From a virus, in the IMG/VR virus record IMGVR_UViG_3300032236_001100, positions 20,756 to 84,755 of that record: a DNA stretch of 64,000 nt. One strand, written 5' to 3'. Numbering within the stretch: the first letter of the stretch is position 1; each line of letters starts with the position of its first letter. Made by a program: the position numbers and the translations under genes. The notes beneath the pieces were generated by a model. That model made no database searches. It had not been told where the DNA came from and saw only the letters and a program-made list of their open reading frames with translations. Positions 9,744 through 18,735 of the stretch are shown here, piece by piece.

Positions 9744-9974
9744 TTACTGGTGAGTTGCCAGAGAGTTAACTGGCGATAGAGTTGAACTAGAGCGACTGGA
9801 AGGAGGTGCCAGCACGACTCTCAACTCTTCAATGGCGTCTTCCGCGAGGAACTTCACGGTTCCGTAGTCCTCGTGTGGAATCTGCCTGGAAAACACAAGA
9901 AGGCCGATCAGCCTTCGATCAACGCCAAGAACCTTGGCCACCTGACCAAAAGTCCGTTTCTGATTGTCTCCCAT
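9744..9974 (-). CDS. Cro/excisionase-like small HTH protein
   Basis: RTFGQVAKVLGVDRRLI; divergent from repressor. Confidence 0.6.
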   Translation of the reverse strand: MGDNQKRTFGQVAKVLGVDRRLIGLLVFSRQIPHEDYGTVKFLAEDAIEELRVVLAPPSSRSSSTLSPVNSLATHQ

Positions 9975-9996
9975 GATATTGCCCCAGTGAGTGTCA

Positions 9997-10030
9997 GTTG
10001 CCGTTAACTTGACATCAACATTGTGGCAAC
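9997..10030. promoter_or_regulatory. Tandem operator-like sites in the cro/repressor switch
   Basis: GTTGCCGTTAAC (9997-10008), CTTGACATCAAC (10008-10019, contains TTGACA), ATTGTGGCAAC. Confidence 0.6.
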
Positions 10031-10077
10031 GATTTGGCATCGTGTCAAGCTGACCCACAAACTGAGAGGAGAGTCCG

Positions 10078-10548
10078 ATGGCATTCGGTGAAGAAAACGA
10101 CTATATGACGGCTTATCGCAACCGAATCCGCGAGGTTGCTCGGGCCTATGTCGAAAACAAAAAAATGAAACAGGTAGACTTTGCGGATGTCACCGGCCTG
10201 GGCAAGGAACGGATCTCCGCGATCCTGGGCGACCGGCCAACCTTCACGATCTCGATCTACGTGCTTGAGCATCTGGCCAAGGGCATGGGGACGACCATTG
10301 ACTGGCTGATCAGTGGACGCTCAATCTACCCGCCACCGAAGACATCAGATAAGGGTGGCGACTTGACTGAACAAGAAGCGGAACTGATCCTTTTGGCCAA
10401 AGCTGTCTCCAGTAACGATCCCGAACCGTCACGGTTAATGACGGCTCGGAATCGAATCCTGGGATTGACAAGTCCGGTTCTCGGCCAGGTGGCTCTTCAG
10501 GAACCTGAGAAGACACGCAACGGAGGAACTGGGCGAAAATCGTCCTGA
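10078..10548 (+). CDS. XRE-family HTH repressor
   Basis: MKQVDFADVTGLGKERISAIL...LAKGMGTTIDWLISG. Confidence 0.85.
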   Translation: MAFGEENDYMTAYRNRIREVARAYVENKKMKQVDFADVTGLGKERISAILGDRPTFTISIYVLEHLAKGMGTTIDWLISGRSIYPPPKTSDKGGDLTEQEAELILLAKAVSSNDPEPSRLMTARNRILGLTSPVLGQVALQEPEKTRNGGTGRKSS

Positions 10549-10739
10549 CGAGGAACAACCGTCACGTTACTGATGGCGTACTTGCCATCTTCGGTGATCT
10601 TCCAGTTATTCTGATCGCCGGGATCGAAGAGCCGGGCATCCGAGATCGTGAACTCCAGGCACGTCTCCGACGTGATTGGGATTCGGACTCGGTCCCGGCT
10701 TTCGTCTTTCTGTCCACACTGCACAAAGAAGGAGGGCAT
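10497..10739 (-). CDS. Hypothetical protein
   Basis: GAGAGG RBS before MPSFF; convergent overlap with repressor. Confidence 0.45.
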   Translation of the reverse strand: MPSFFVQCGQKDESRDRVRIPITSETCLEFTISDARLFDPGDQNNWKITEDGKYAISNVTVVPRQDDFRPVPPLRVFSGS

Positions 10740-10849
10740 CGCAATCGCCTCTCTCACACGCAAAAAGGTAAGGTTGAGCTTTCAGATTACCGATGTCGTT
10801 CTTAGTGTGCAATGGTATAGATGCGCGATTTATTTTTCTCACCGATAGC

Positions 10850-11095
10850 AAAAATGGTAAGGGGTGGTAAGGCTAAAATTGGCACAAAGTTGACGTTAAC
10901 ATTAATAGCAACTTACCACGTTAATACTGCCAATAAATAGGTGTACGCAAGAACAATGAAATCCACAATCACTGGTAAATAAATGACTTAGGGATAATTG
11001 TGCTTTTAGAAACTACGATGCGTAGAAAGTGTGTTTGACTCTATAAAATAGATGTTTATGATAATTCTAAAAGTGGTAGGTACCATTTTTAGGAG
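10850..11095. other. Candidate attP / integrase promoter region
   Basis: AT-rich; TGGTAAG direct copies at 10855 and 10865 and inverted at 10912; IHF-like AATAAATGACTTA at 10978-10990; operator GTTGACGTTAAC at 10889. Confidence 0.45.
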
Positions 11096-11102
11096 AACAT
11101 CA

Positions 11103-12194
11103 ATGCCTCGGCTTACTAAAGGGAAAGTTCCCCTCTTACGGCAGCATTCGAGTGGCCAGTGGACCGTCAGGCTGTCAGGTTTCGACCATTACCTTGGGCA
11201 CGACAAGGAAGCCGCTCAGACGAAGTACGGCGAACTGATCGGCCAGTGGGAGTCACGGGGACGCAAGCCAGTCTTTGAGACCAAGACTGACGGCAAGACC
11301 GTGTCCGAGGTCGCTGACCTCTACCTGGAGCATTGCCGGTCCTATTACGTGAAGCGTGGCAAGGTCACGTCTCAGGTCAAGAACATTGAGCAGGCCCTGG
11401 CGGGAATGGTCGAACTGTACGGCAGTGCCCAGATCGACAGCTTTGGGCCACGCGACATGATTAACGTCATTAACCACTGGATCGAATCAGGAATCGTGCG
11501 CAGGTCAGTTAATGACAGGCATCGGATCATTGCCCAGTTCTTCCGCTGGTGCGGAGTCTGGGGCTACTTGCCGGTGGACGCATGGATGAGAGTCAAGGTC
11601 GTCGAGAGCCAGAAGGAGGGCCGCTCTAAGGCCCCCGACCTGCCGGAGCGCGAGCCGCCTCGGTTGGAGCATGTCCGTGCCGTCCAAGAGATCGTCTGCG
11701 ACCGGGTCTCGGACATGATCGAACTCCAGATGATCACCGGCATGCGGTCCTGTGAGATCTGTGCCATGCGACCGCTGGACATCGACATGTCGGGTGAAAT
11801 CTGGGTCTACACCGTCAGACCGGAATTCAACAAGACGACACACAAAAAAAAGAAACGGGTGGTGATGCTTGGCTCCAAATGCCAGGAGATACTGAAAAAG
11901 TACATCGCCATCCGCAAGCCCGACCAGGAGGTGTTTCGGACCCAGTACAATGGACCTTACACTCCACCGAATTATCGGGGCGTGATCCGGTTCTCGTGCA
12001 TCAAGCTCGGGATACCCATCTGGTTTCCCCACCTGCTGCGTCATCATGCCGCCACGGAGATTCGGGCCAAGTACGGCCTTGACGCTGCCAGGGCCATCCT
12101 GGGCCACTCAGACGTGTTCACCACCATGAACTATGCCAAGCCCAGCCCTGACGCTGAACTGACCAAGAGGGTGGTGAAAGACCGCGAAGGTTGA
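11103..12194 (+). CDS. int: Tyrosine integrase
   Basis: TGMRSCE (R), NKT (K), HLLRH, LGHS, TTMNY; AGGAGA RBS before MPRLTK. Confidence 0.93.
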   Translation: MPRLTKGKVPLLRQHSSGQWTVRLSGFDHYLGHDKEAAQTKYGELIGQWESRGRKPVFETKTDGKTVSEVADLYLEHCRSYYVKRGKVTSQVKNIEQALAGMVELYGSAQIDSFGPRDMINVINHWIESGIVRRSVNDRHRIIAQFFRWCGVWGYLPVDAWMRVKVVESQKEGRSKAPDLPEREPPRLEHVRAVQEIVCDRVSDMIELQMITGMRSCEICAMRPLDIDMSGEIWVYTVRPEFNKTTHKKKKRVVMLGSKCQEILKKYIAIRKPDQEVFRTQYNGPYTPPNYRGVIRFSCIKLGIPIWFPHLLRHHAATEIRAKYGLDAARAILGHSDVFTTMNYAKPSPDAELTKRVVKDREG

Positions 12195-12228
12195 CGGTTC
12201 AGCCAGATGCTTCTATCATTGATGTGAA

Positions 12229-12259
12229 GCGATTGCTCTTGATCGGAAGAGTCAATCGC
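12229..12259. terminator. Hairpin downstream of integrase
   Basis: GCGATTG-CTCTT...AAGAG-T-CAATCGC stem; no clear U tract. Confidence 0.4.
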
Positions 12260-12374
12260 ACCGAAGCATGGCTCTCGCGTGCGTCGTCCTCTTGTGGGTT
12301 TGGGTCAATAAGAGCCATCTGGTGAAAACCGGGTGGCTCTTATTGTTTGATGGCCAGGCAATGCTAGAATCAAT

Positions 12375-12390
12375 GTCTCCGCGCGGAGAC
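12375..12390. repeat. 16-bp perfect palindrome GTCTCCGCGCGGAGAC, copy 1
   Basis: Exact match; 22 bp upstream of the 12413 start. Confidence 0.95.
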
Positions 12391-12412
12391 TGATCCATAC
12401 TGGAGCCAAACC

Positions 12413-12913
12413 ATGTACTGCCGACCTTGGATTGACTTGAAGCACAAAAAGAATGGCTACTTCGTGATCCGCGAGGACAACAACGAAGGCGGCAAGAACG
12501 AGGTCATTGCCAAGTACGGACTGGACGAGTACCAGGCTGCACGCGAACGGGCAATTCATGAGACCGAGGAACACAAGAGCCAGTTGACAGAGACTCGCCG
12601 TGATGGCGAAGGCGAGGTCATCTATACCAGCTCGCACGTCAACCAGATGCTTCAGATTGGCAAAGATATCGCAGCCGATTTCTGTCAGCTGTTACTGGAC
12701 GAGAATCGGCTGCCGGTGAAGAAGTGGATTCCTGTGTTCGACGAGGCTTGGAAGGGCATTCCTGAATGCTACAGGCCACACTTGCATCTGCTCGGCCTGG
12801 AGGAAGGGACTCAGGACTGGCATCACATCGAGTACGGTGGTGCCGCTCATGCGATCACGATCTTGAGTCCGATCATGCGTAACCGGCGACCACAGGATTA
12901 TCGCGAGCAGTGA
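12413..12913 (+). CDS. Hypothetical protein
   Basis: 166 aa, GGAG RBS. Confidence 0.7.
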   Translation: MYCRPWIDLKHKKNGYFVIREDNNEGGKNEVIAKYGLDEYQAARERAIHETEEHKSQLTETRRDGEGEVIYTSSHVNQMLQIGKDIAADFCQLLLDENRLPVKKWIPVFDEAWKGIPECYRPHLHLLGLEEGTQDWHHIEYGGAAHAITILSPIMRNRRPQDYREQ

Positions 12914-12931
12914 CTGGTCGCTGACCGCCAG

Positions 12932-13234
12932 TCAAAACTCTTCTCTTGACTCGACCTTGCATCTTGGCTCAAGCGATAAGCTGACCTTGCGAACGCCAAC
13001 GATCTTGTCGCCCACCCACAAGGTGAAAGTCAGAGGCCACTCACGCAATAATGTGGTCGGGCGGCTTGACCTGTAGAAATCAGCAGCGATCTCTTCTGCT
13101 GCGTAGTCGATGCTCTGGGGATCGTTGATGTCGATGCCGCTCAGGCAAACATAGCGTCTTGCTGAGATGTTCCTATCCAGCTCCTTGACCCCGTAGATCA
13201 CAGGGCATGGAAGCATCTCCTTGGGTATATCCAC
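12932..13234 (-). CDS. Hypothetical protein
   Basis: In minus-strand operon. Confidence 0.6.
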   Translation of the reverse strand: MDIPKEMLPCPVIYGVKELDRNISARRYVCLSGIDINDPQSIDYAAEEIAADFYRSSRPTTLLREWPLTFTLWVGDKIVGVRKVSLSLEPRCKVESREEF

Positions 13235-13237
13235 GAG

Positions 13238-13759
13238 TCATTCCTTCTCTGGTTGTTCAGTCAGCCGGTCGTAAGCTGATTTCCACATGCGAACCCTGGC
13301 GACAGCCTCAAGCAGATCGGTCGTACCGAGAGCTTCTTCGATCTCCTGAGCGAACCGCACACGAGATGGCCGATGGTCAGCCATCTCATCAGTGGGTGCC
13401 ACTTCAATGCGTGGCTCTTGGCTTTGAATAAAAGGATCGTCAAACGAACGTCCTGAACCACCTTCAGGATGGTCCGTGTAGCACAGTACTTGTCTTGTTG
13501 CCTGATGCATGTCCCAGGCCACCCAGGCGTGAGAATGCATTTTGGTATGGCTGTTGTGTCCAGCTAACTCGGAGAACCTTCTACCAATCGCTCGCAACTC
13601 TTCATTCATCTGATGCTTAGCATCGCCCTTGATCTGAGTGTTGTCGATAGCATCTTCGAGAGCGATGGCGAACTGACCCATGTGCGAACGAGCCAACGTG
13701 TGCAAGGCCGCGCTGATCACGCCTAGCTGAGTTTTGTTGCAGATGATCTTGTAGTTCAC
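13238..13759 (-). CDS. Hypothetical protein
   Basis: 173 aa in operon. Confidence 0.65.
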   Translation of the reverse strand: MNYKIICNKTQLGVISAALHTLARSHMGQFAIALEDAIDNTQIKGDAKHQMNEELRAIGRRFSELAGHNSHTKMHSHAWVAWDMHQATRQVLCYTDHPEGGSGRSFDDPFIQSQEPRIEVAPTDEMADHRPSRVRFAQEIEEALGTTDLLEAVARVRMWKSAYDRLTEQPEKE

Positions 13760-13768
13760 GTTTATGCC

Positions 13769-13981
13769 TTATAGCCAGGGGCCATTATGATGCACCACAG
13801 GATCTCGCCCGTAATGGTCTTCCAAGCCTGGTTCATAGTCGTAATGCGTGGGCTTGCCCATCTCACTGGCACTACGAGCAAGCAACCAGCCAAGGCCGAT
13901 CAAGCCCAAGCCAGAGACTAACGCAAGCAAAGCTGTTAACGCCGAGATCTGAGTATCGCTCAATCCAATGTAGCCTGGCAT
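13769..13981 (-). CDS. Small membrane protein
   Basis: One hydrophobic helix (ISALTALLALVSGLGLIGLGWLL); AAGGAGA RBS. Confidence 0.6.
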   Translation of the reverse strand: MPGYIGLSDTQISALTALLALVSGLGLIGLGWLLARSASEMGKPTHYDYEPGLEDHYGRDPVVHHNGPWL

Positions 13982-14268
13982 GCTGTCTCCTTGTTAATGG
14001 CTTCGCTCAACTTGGACACTACGCTTGCTGGTAGTCTGGGGCCTTCAAATTTGATGATGTGCTGCACCGCTTCTTGAAGCTGATTGAGTTCAGCGCGGAG
14101 TCGCGTAACCTCTTCATGCCGGTCAATGGCGGCATCGGCCACTTTGGAGCGACCTGCGTCGATAGAAACAATGCCTTGCAGCAAGCTAAGAAAGCTCTCG
14201 CGGTCTAAAGAAAAGTTCGTGCCTTTTGGTGTTTCTTGAACTGTTGCAATCGTGTCTTGGAGATTCAC
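13960..14268 (-). CDS. Hypothetical coiled-coil protein
   Basis: AAGGAG RBS, heptad pattern. Confidence 0.6.
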   Translation of the reverse strand: MNLQDTIATVQETPKGTNFSLDRESFLSLLQGIVSIDAGRSKVADAAIDRHEEVTRLRAELNQLQEAVQHIIKFEGPRLPASVVSKLSEAINKETACQATLD

Positions 14269-14324
14269 TCTCTCGCTCCTTGCGGGGGCGGTTGCAGTCC
14301 CGCCCGTCCGAGGTTTTAGTTAAC

Positions 14325-14834
14325 TCAGGCTGTCGGCTGATGAGGGTTAATACTCACCGACACGTTGCTGCCACTGCCAGAGATGCCCAGGTAGCCCGTG
14401 CCGTTAATGGAAGCAAATTCGTTTGTCCCGCCCGTTGTGTTGTAATGCCATCCTGAAGATTCTGTCCATTCAGGCGCATAAGCCGCTTTACCAAAAATCC
14501 ATCCGGCGTCGGTCTGGATCGAAAACGTCGCACTCTTGCCGGTGACGTTCAAGTAAATGGTGGAGTCGGGATGCGAGGCACCAAACACAGTGACTGTGCC
14601 CTTCGCCGTGATCAGGGTGGAGTCGCCGTCCACAAATGACGTGCCAGACATCGAGCCTTTGACGATGTCGCCGGTCCCCCAAAACTTTGTCCACTGATGT
14701 GGAGGAGTCTGGACAGCACTATGATGCACATGAGCAGCAACCGGCTTGTGATGGGCCACCGGACCATGTCCCAGTGCGCTCAAGCTGACGATTGAATCAA
14801 GACTCTCGACTGCGGGAGAAAAAGAACGTCGCAT
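14325..14834 (-). CDS. Exported beta-rich protein with Planctomycete-type N-terminal motif
   Basis: MRRSFSPAVESLDSIVSLS resembles the RR...(L/V)E.LE.R.LL planctomycete extracellular motif; His-rich linker; GAGAGG RBS. Confidence 0.6.
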   Translation of the reverse strand: MRRSFSPAVESLDSIVSLSALGHGPVAHHKPVAAHVHHSAVQTPPHQWTKFWGTGDIVKGSMSGTSFVDGDSTLITAKGTVTVFGASHPDSTIYLNVTGKSATFSIQTDAGWIFGKAAYAPEWTESSGWHYNTTGGTNEFASINGTGYLGISGSGSNVSVSINPHQPTA

Positions 14835-14931
14835 TGGTAAATTCCTCTCGATAGGGTGATTGGTCAGAATCATCAGATTTGCATGGATGCAGGCGGCTTC
14901 GTCTGCCGCCGCATTAAAGATCAGCTAGCGA

Positions 14932-15204
14932 TCACTCAGCATCGTCTGCGTCATACGCAAACAGATCGTCAGTGATTGCCACGGAAGCATCAGGCCGAAC
15001 GATAGCGGACACATCAGCGAAGTTGATGAGGCCGCTCTTCGTTTCAAGCCACTTGCAGACTTGACCGTCTTCAGCTGACACGATGATCGAGCCCTGCTCG
15101 TCAACGCGAAGTTCCTCGGCAATCGTAACTCCAGATTGCATGATAAACAGGAACTTTTCCAGCTTGTACTCGGTCTCAGTCTTCTTCTCTTCGTCTTGTG
15201 CCAT
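14932..15204 (-). CDS. Hypothetical protein
   Basis: AGGAGG RBS, acidic. Confidence 0.65.
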   Translation of the reverse strand: MAQDEEKKTETEYKLEKFLFIMQSGVTIAEELRVDEQGSIIVSAEDGQVCKWLETKSGLINFADVSAIVRPDASVAITDDLFAYDADDAE

Positions 15205-15237
15205 TTAGCACCTCCTGCACTGATATAGCGAGGATTC

Positions 15238-15732
15238 TCAGCGGATGATTAGTGAACGCGATCTCACTACTTCAAAACGCTGGTCAGTCAGGATGTTGTT
15301 CTTCCACGACTGATAAGCCGCATCGCCATCCAACTCGATCTTGGTGCGACGATACTCGGATGGGATGTCTTCGACGACTCCCGTCCATTTGATGGACGGC
15401 CTGCTGGCCTGCTGGATGCGAGCCGAAAACCGAGGCGTCTTGATGCGGTCCAATTCCATCGCCTGGAGGCTTTTTGACATGTACGCCTTGAGACTGGCAG
15501 CGCGATTTTCAGCCACCTTCTTCCTGGCCTGAAGACGTTTGATTTCGGTCGCGAACGATTCGGCCTCCGACTCGGCTTCGCGTACCAGGCAGCACATCGA
15601 GTCGATCTTCGTCTCCAGGTTCTCTTGCAAGCCGTCAAACGACTGCTCAACTTCCGGCGAGAGTTCGCCATCGGATTCTTCGATCTGTTGCATCAGAATA
15701 CGGTACGCATTGGGGATTTCGTACAGTTTCAC
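15238..15732 (-). CDS. Siphovirus Gp157 / Mu Gam-like protein
   Basis: KLYEI...EIKRLQARKKVAENRAASLKAY...KTPRFS pattern; GTG start. Confidence 0.85.
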   Translation of the reverse strand: MKLYEIPNAYRILMQQIEESDGELSPEVEQSFDGLQENLETKIDSMCCLVREAESEAESFATEIKRLQARKKVAENRAASLKAYMSKSLQAMELDRIKTPRFSARIQQASRPSIKWTGVVEDIPSEYRRTKIELDGDAAYQSWKNNILTDQRFEVVRSRSLIIR

Positions 15733-15826
15733 GGGTTGCCCTCTTCGATCCAGTGGACTAGGTAAAAGAACAGAAACATCAAGCCGACTAAACCAGCGGC
15801 TAATCCGACATTCACAAGTACGCCCA

Positions 15827-16348
15827 TCAGGGAACACCTGCTAAACCACGCACTTGCGATGGGTCTTGCTTCTTCTTGGCCAAAGAAGTCTTTCTGATCA
15901 GAACGTCACCCTTGCGGATAGCATCCCAGGCTTGCCAACCCTCACCGCACACGAGAACAACAGGATCGGCCTTCTCTTCGTTCTCGGTACGCCCATCCTT
16001 GATTTCCACCATGTGGCCAGATTTGGTCAGGCCCCAGTTCGGGCGATTGATACGCTCAACAACCAATGCTTTGGGTTGCTTGCGAGTTGCCACATAACCT
16101 GGATCATGAGGCTTATCTTGCAGCTCCATCCAAGCCTGGGTGAACGCATACTCCAAGTCCTTGAGTCGGTCAGGCTGGGCCTCGAAGATGTCCCAGGCTC
16201 GGTCATTGAATCGCAGCCAGGAAGCCTCCAGGCCGTTCATGAGCAACGCCCGGCCCCACTCAGCCCAGGGCGCATCGCACGGACCTTCCATCGCCTCGAT
16301 GGTGGACTCAATGACATCGTCGTCCAAGAGATCGAATGGATCAGGCAC
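15827..16348 (-). CDS. Hypothetical protein
   Basis: GTG start overlapping upstream stop. Confidence 0.55.
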   Translation of the reverse strand: MPDPFDLLDDDVIESTIEAMEGPCDAPWAEWGRALLMNGLEASWLRFNDRAWDIFEAQPDRLKDLEYAFTQAWMELQDKPHDPGYVATRKQPKALVVERINRPNWGLTKSGHMVEIKDGRTENEEKADPVVLVCGEGWQAWDAIRKGDVLIRKTSLAKKKQDPSQVRGLAGVP

Positions 16349-17033
16349 TTTCGATCTCCCCTGGCTTGAGTTCACCTTTACTCCAGGGAACCATGATCCC
16401 GAAGTGGTTGTCGGACGAACCAATTTCGATCCACCCGGACATCACGGCTGATTCGTTCCAGAGCGACTCACGACAAATGATCCGCAGACATGTATCAGCC
16501 TGCTGAACGCATAACGCTTGACCCACAAGAGCCTGGTCAACCAGGAACACCTTGTCCGCAAACCTGGGATGCGTGAAGTAGACGATGTCCTGTTCCAGAA
16601 CCGTCTTCTGCTGACTGGCCTTCTGGAGTTCGCTGGACTCTTCGGCGTTATCGAAGAAGTCACGAGGCAGCAGGATGCAATCGGCGTTACCAAATGACTT
16701 ACGCCCCAGCATGTCCTCCACGATATCCCAGAAGCTCCAGGTCGCATCAGGACGAGCATGACCAAGGTACGAGTCCAGGTCGCACAAGCACTTGTTCTCG
16801 AAGAGATAGTGCAGCGAAATGATGGACTTGATGTGACCGGGCATGAGCGATTCAAAGGTAACGGGATCGTCGGCAGGCTCCCCTTCGGGATTGGGCCATG
16901 CAACCACCTCTTGCTGCGTGGTCTCAGGCGACTTGTCAGGCGAGTCCTCACGGTGGCATCGAGCCACCAGTGGGAACCTGTTCGCCGTCATCGTGATGGC
17001 AAGCTCGGACACGTTTTTCATTGGTCTAACCAC
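16341..17033 (-). CDS. Hypothetical protein
   Basis: 230 aa in operon. Confidence 0.6.
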   Translation of the reverse strand: MVRPMKNVSELAITMTANRFPLVARCHREDSPDKSPETTQQEVVAWPNPEGEPADDPVTFESLMPGHIKSIISLHYLFENKCLCDLDSYLGHARPDATWSFWDIVEDMLGRKSFGNADCILLPRDFFDNAEESSELQKASQQKTVLEQDIVYFTHPRFADKVFLVDQALVGQALCVQQADTCLRIICRESLWNESAVMSGWIEIGSSDNHFGIMVPWSKGELKPGEIESA

Positions 17034-17842
17034 CGTATTGCTTGAATTGCCCTGAACTTGTCAATAACACCCCAGTAGCGTAAAAATGGTCGCAATGGCC
17101 ACTCGAGAACCTCGCTTCTGGAAACACGGTCCCTGATACTCTTCCTGCTGTGCGTGCTACCGAATGCTCCCATCTTTTTCAGCAGTAGAAACTCATCGAG
17201 ATCCACGGTTGAAAACACTTGGCAAAGGTGAGTTTGCTTGTTTGGGATGCCTGGTATTTTCAGGTCCGGCGCGCCGTCAAACTGGCTGCACCAACAGTTC
17301 TTTCTGGAGTGGCGAGGTGATCCGATGTCAAAGTATTCATAGCGACTCGTGAAACCAAGTCTTCTGAGCAGGTGAACGACAAGACGCCTTGTGAATTCAA
17401 TGTGCGTCCGAGCCATGTTTCCGGTCGCACAAACATTCAGCACCTCGATCTGATGCTTGTTGATCCACTCGGCAATCTTTGCAGACTTGTCCGAGATCGG
17501 CCTTTCTATTGGGCACAAGTAAGAAAGTCTTCGGTAGTCATGAACATACGTGCGAACCACCAAAGCACCAGACGCATGCATCGGCCCAATCCACAGTGTT
17601 GCGTCCGAATCTCTCACTGTTCGTCGAGTGACTTCTTTCTTTGCAGACCAAGAAGCATCCTTGTGTGTTTCAATCTCTTTGACTCCGTAGGGCACCAGCC
17701 ATGTGTCGTGCCATTCTCCTTGACGGAAAAACGGCAGGCACCAGCCTCCTGTCTCTAGGCCGTACCGCCTGGCGGCAATCAGAGCCTCTTGGCAAGCACC
17801 AGGCTTGCAGTTCGTGACAATCTTTGTGAGTGTGGTAGTCAT
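17018..17842 (-). CDS. SLOG-superfamily protein (putative MoCo-carrier-like)
   Basis: ALIAARRYGLETGGWC...TRRTVRDSDATL...IEVLNV pattern. Confidence 0.7.
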   Translation of the reverse strand: MTTTLTKIVTNCKPGACQEALIAARRYGLETGGWCLPFFRQGEWHDTWLVPYGVKEIETHKDASWSAKKEVTRRTVRDSDATLWIGPMHASGALVVRTYVHDYRRLSYLCPIERPISDKSAKIAEWINKHQIEVLNVCATGNMARTHIEFTRRLVVHLLRRLGFTSRYEYFDIGSPRHSRKNCWCSQFDGAPDLKIPGIPNKQTHLCQVFSTVDLDEFLLLKKMGAFGSTHSRKSIRDRVSRSEVLEWPLRPFLRYWGVIDKFRAIQAIRWLDQ

Positions 17843-17853
17843 GTTGCAATAAA

Positions 17854-17865
17854 GTTAACGTCAAC
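17854..17865. promoter_or_regulatory. Operator-like GTTAACGTCAAC in divergent promoter region
   Basis: 14-bp exact reverse-complement match to 10887-10900. Confidence 0.6.
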
Positions 17866-17931
17866 TTGCCTGATCCGTCAAGCCTCGTTATATTCATTGG
17901 GCGAAAATTTTTCTCTGGTGCCAAAATCCCA

Positions 17932-18735
17932 ATGCCATACACAATTCGGAACCGCATGGGCGGCGAGATCTGCACGATTGCAGAAGCCGATACCGTTCGG
18001 CAGGCCGTGGAGATCGCATCTCTCCGCGAGATCAGCCTGTCCTACGCCAATCTGCATGGAGCCACGCTCTGCGCTCTGGACGCACCCAACGTGGACCTGT
18101 GCCACGCCGACCTGACCGGGTGCAACCTGAGTTACTCCAACCTGAGAGACGCCAAGCTCTTATTCGCAGACTTCGGTGGATCGACCCTGAAGTCCGCAAA
18201 CCTGTTTGGCGCAAATGCCATCTACGCCAATTTTCATGAGTGCAACCTCACAGGGTCCAACATGAAGCACATGGATCTGACGGGAGCCAACCTGTCAGAC
18301 GCTGACCTTACGAGCTGCAATCTGTTCAAGGCCGATCTTGATGGTGCCGTGGTCAGTAGGGCAACGGGACTTGATACAGCAGAAGGAGCATCGCTCGCAT
18401 TAGCCAAGCAGCGAATTGTTCCAGATACAGGTCCGTTCCGTGGCTACAAGGCGTTCCGCGATGGCGTGGTCGCTCTCGTGGTGATCCAAAAGACTGTCAA
18501 CAGGACAAATGGCCCGAATCGCTGGTGCCGCGCGGAATCAGTCACAGTTATCAGAATCTACAACGGCGACAACGCCGTCACGCTCAAGCAAGGCAGAATC
18601 TATGGCGTAACGGGCGTCATAAGGGCCGATGGATTTGACAGCTCGCCCACGGACGAAGGTCAGGGAATCTCGTTCTTCATGACACGCGAAGAGGCCGAGG
18701 CGTTCGACTGGTCCCCAGAGGATGACAACTCATGA
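17932..18735 (+). CDS. Pentapeptide-repeat protein with C-terminal DUF5758-like domain
   Basis: A(D/N)Lxx repeats, then GPFRGYK...CRAE...GISFFMTREEA. Confidence 0.85.
   Translation: MPYTIRNRMGGEICTIAEADTVRQAVEIASLREISLSYANLHGATLCALDAPNVDLCHADLTGCNLSYSNLRDAKLLFADFGGSTLKSANLFGANAIYANFHECNLTGSNMKHMDLTGANLSDADLTSCNLFKADLDGAVVSRATGLDTAEGASLALAKQRIVPDTGPFRGYKAFRDGVVALVVIQKTVNRTNGPNRWCRAESVTVIRIYNGDNAVTLKQGRIYGVTGVIRADGFDSSPTDEGQGISFFMTREEAEAFDWSPEDDNS

Noticed and set aside
12375-12390. Palindrome as a Golden Gate cloning scar (contains GTCTC/GAGAC)
   Set aside because: Flanks are A/T so BsaI/BsmBI sites are not formed. Copies are integrated in reading frames and a naturally degenerate copy exists.
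18526-18537. Partial palindrome cores (CCGCGCGGA near 18528; GCGCGGAG near 14093)
   Set aside because: Short matches explained by coding for RAE; not counted as copies.
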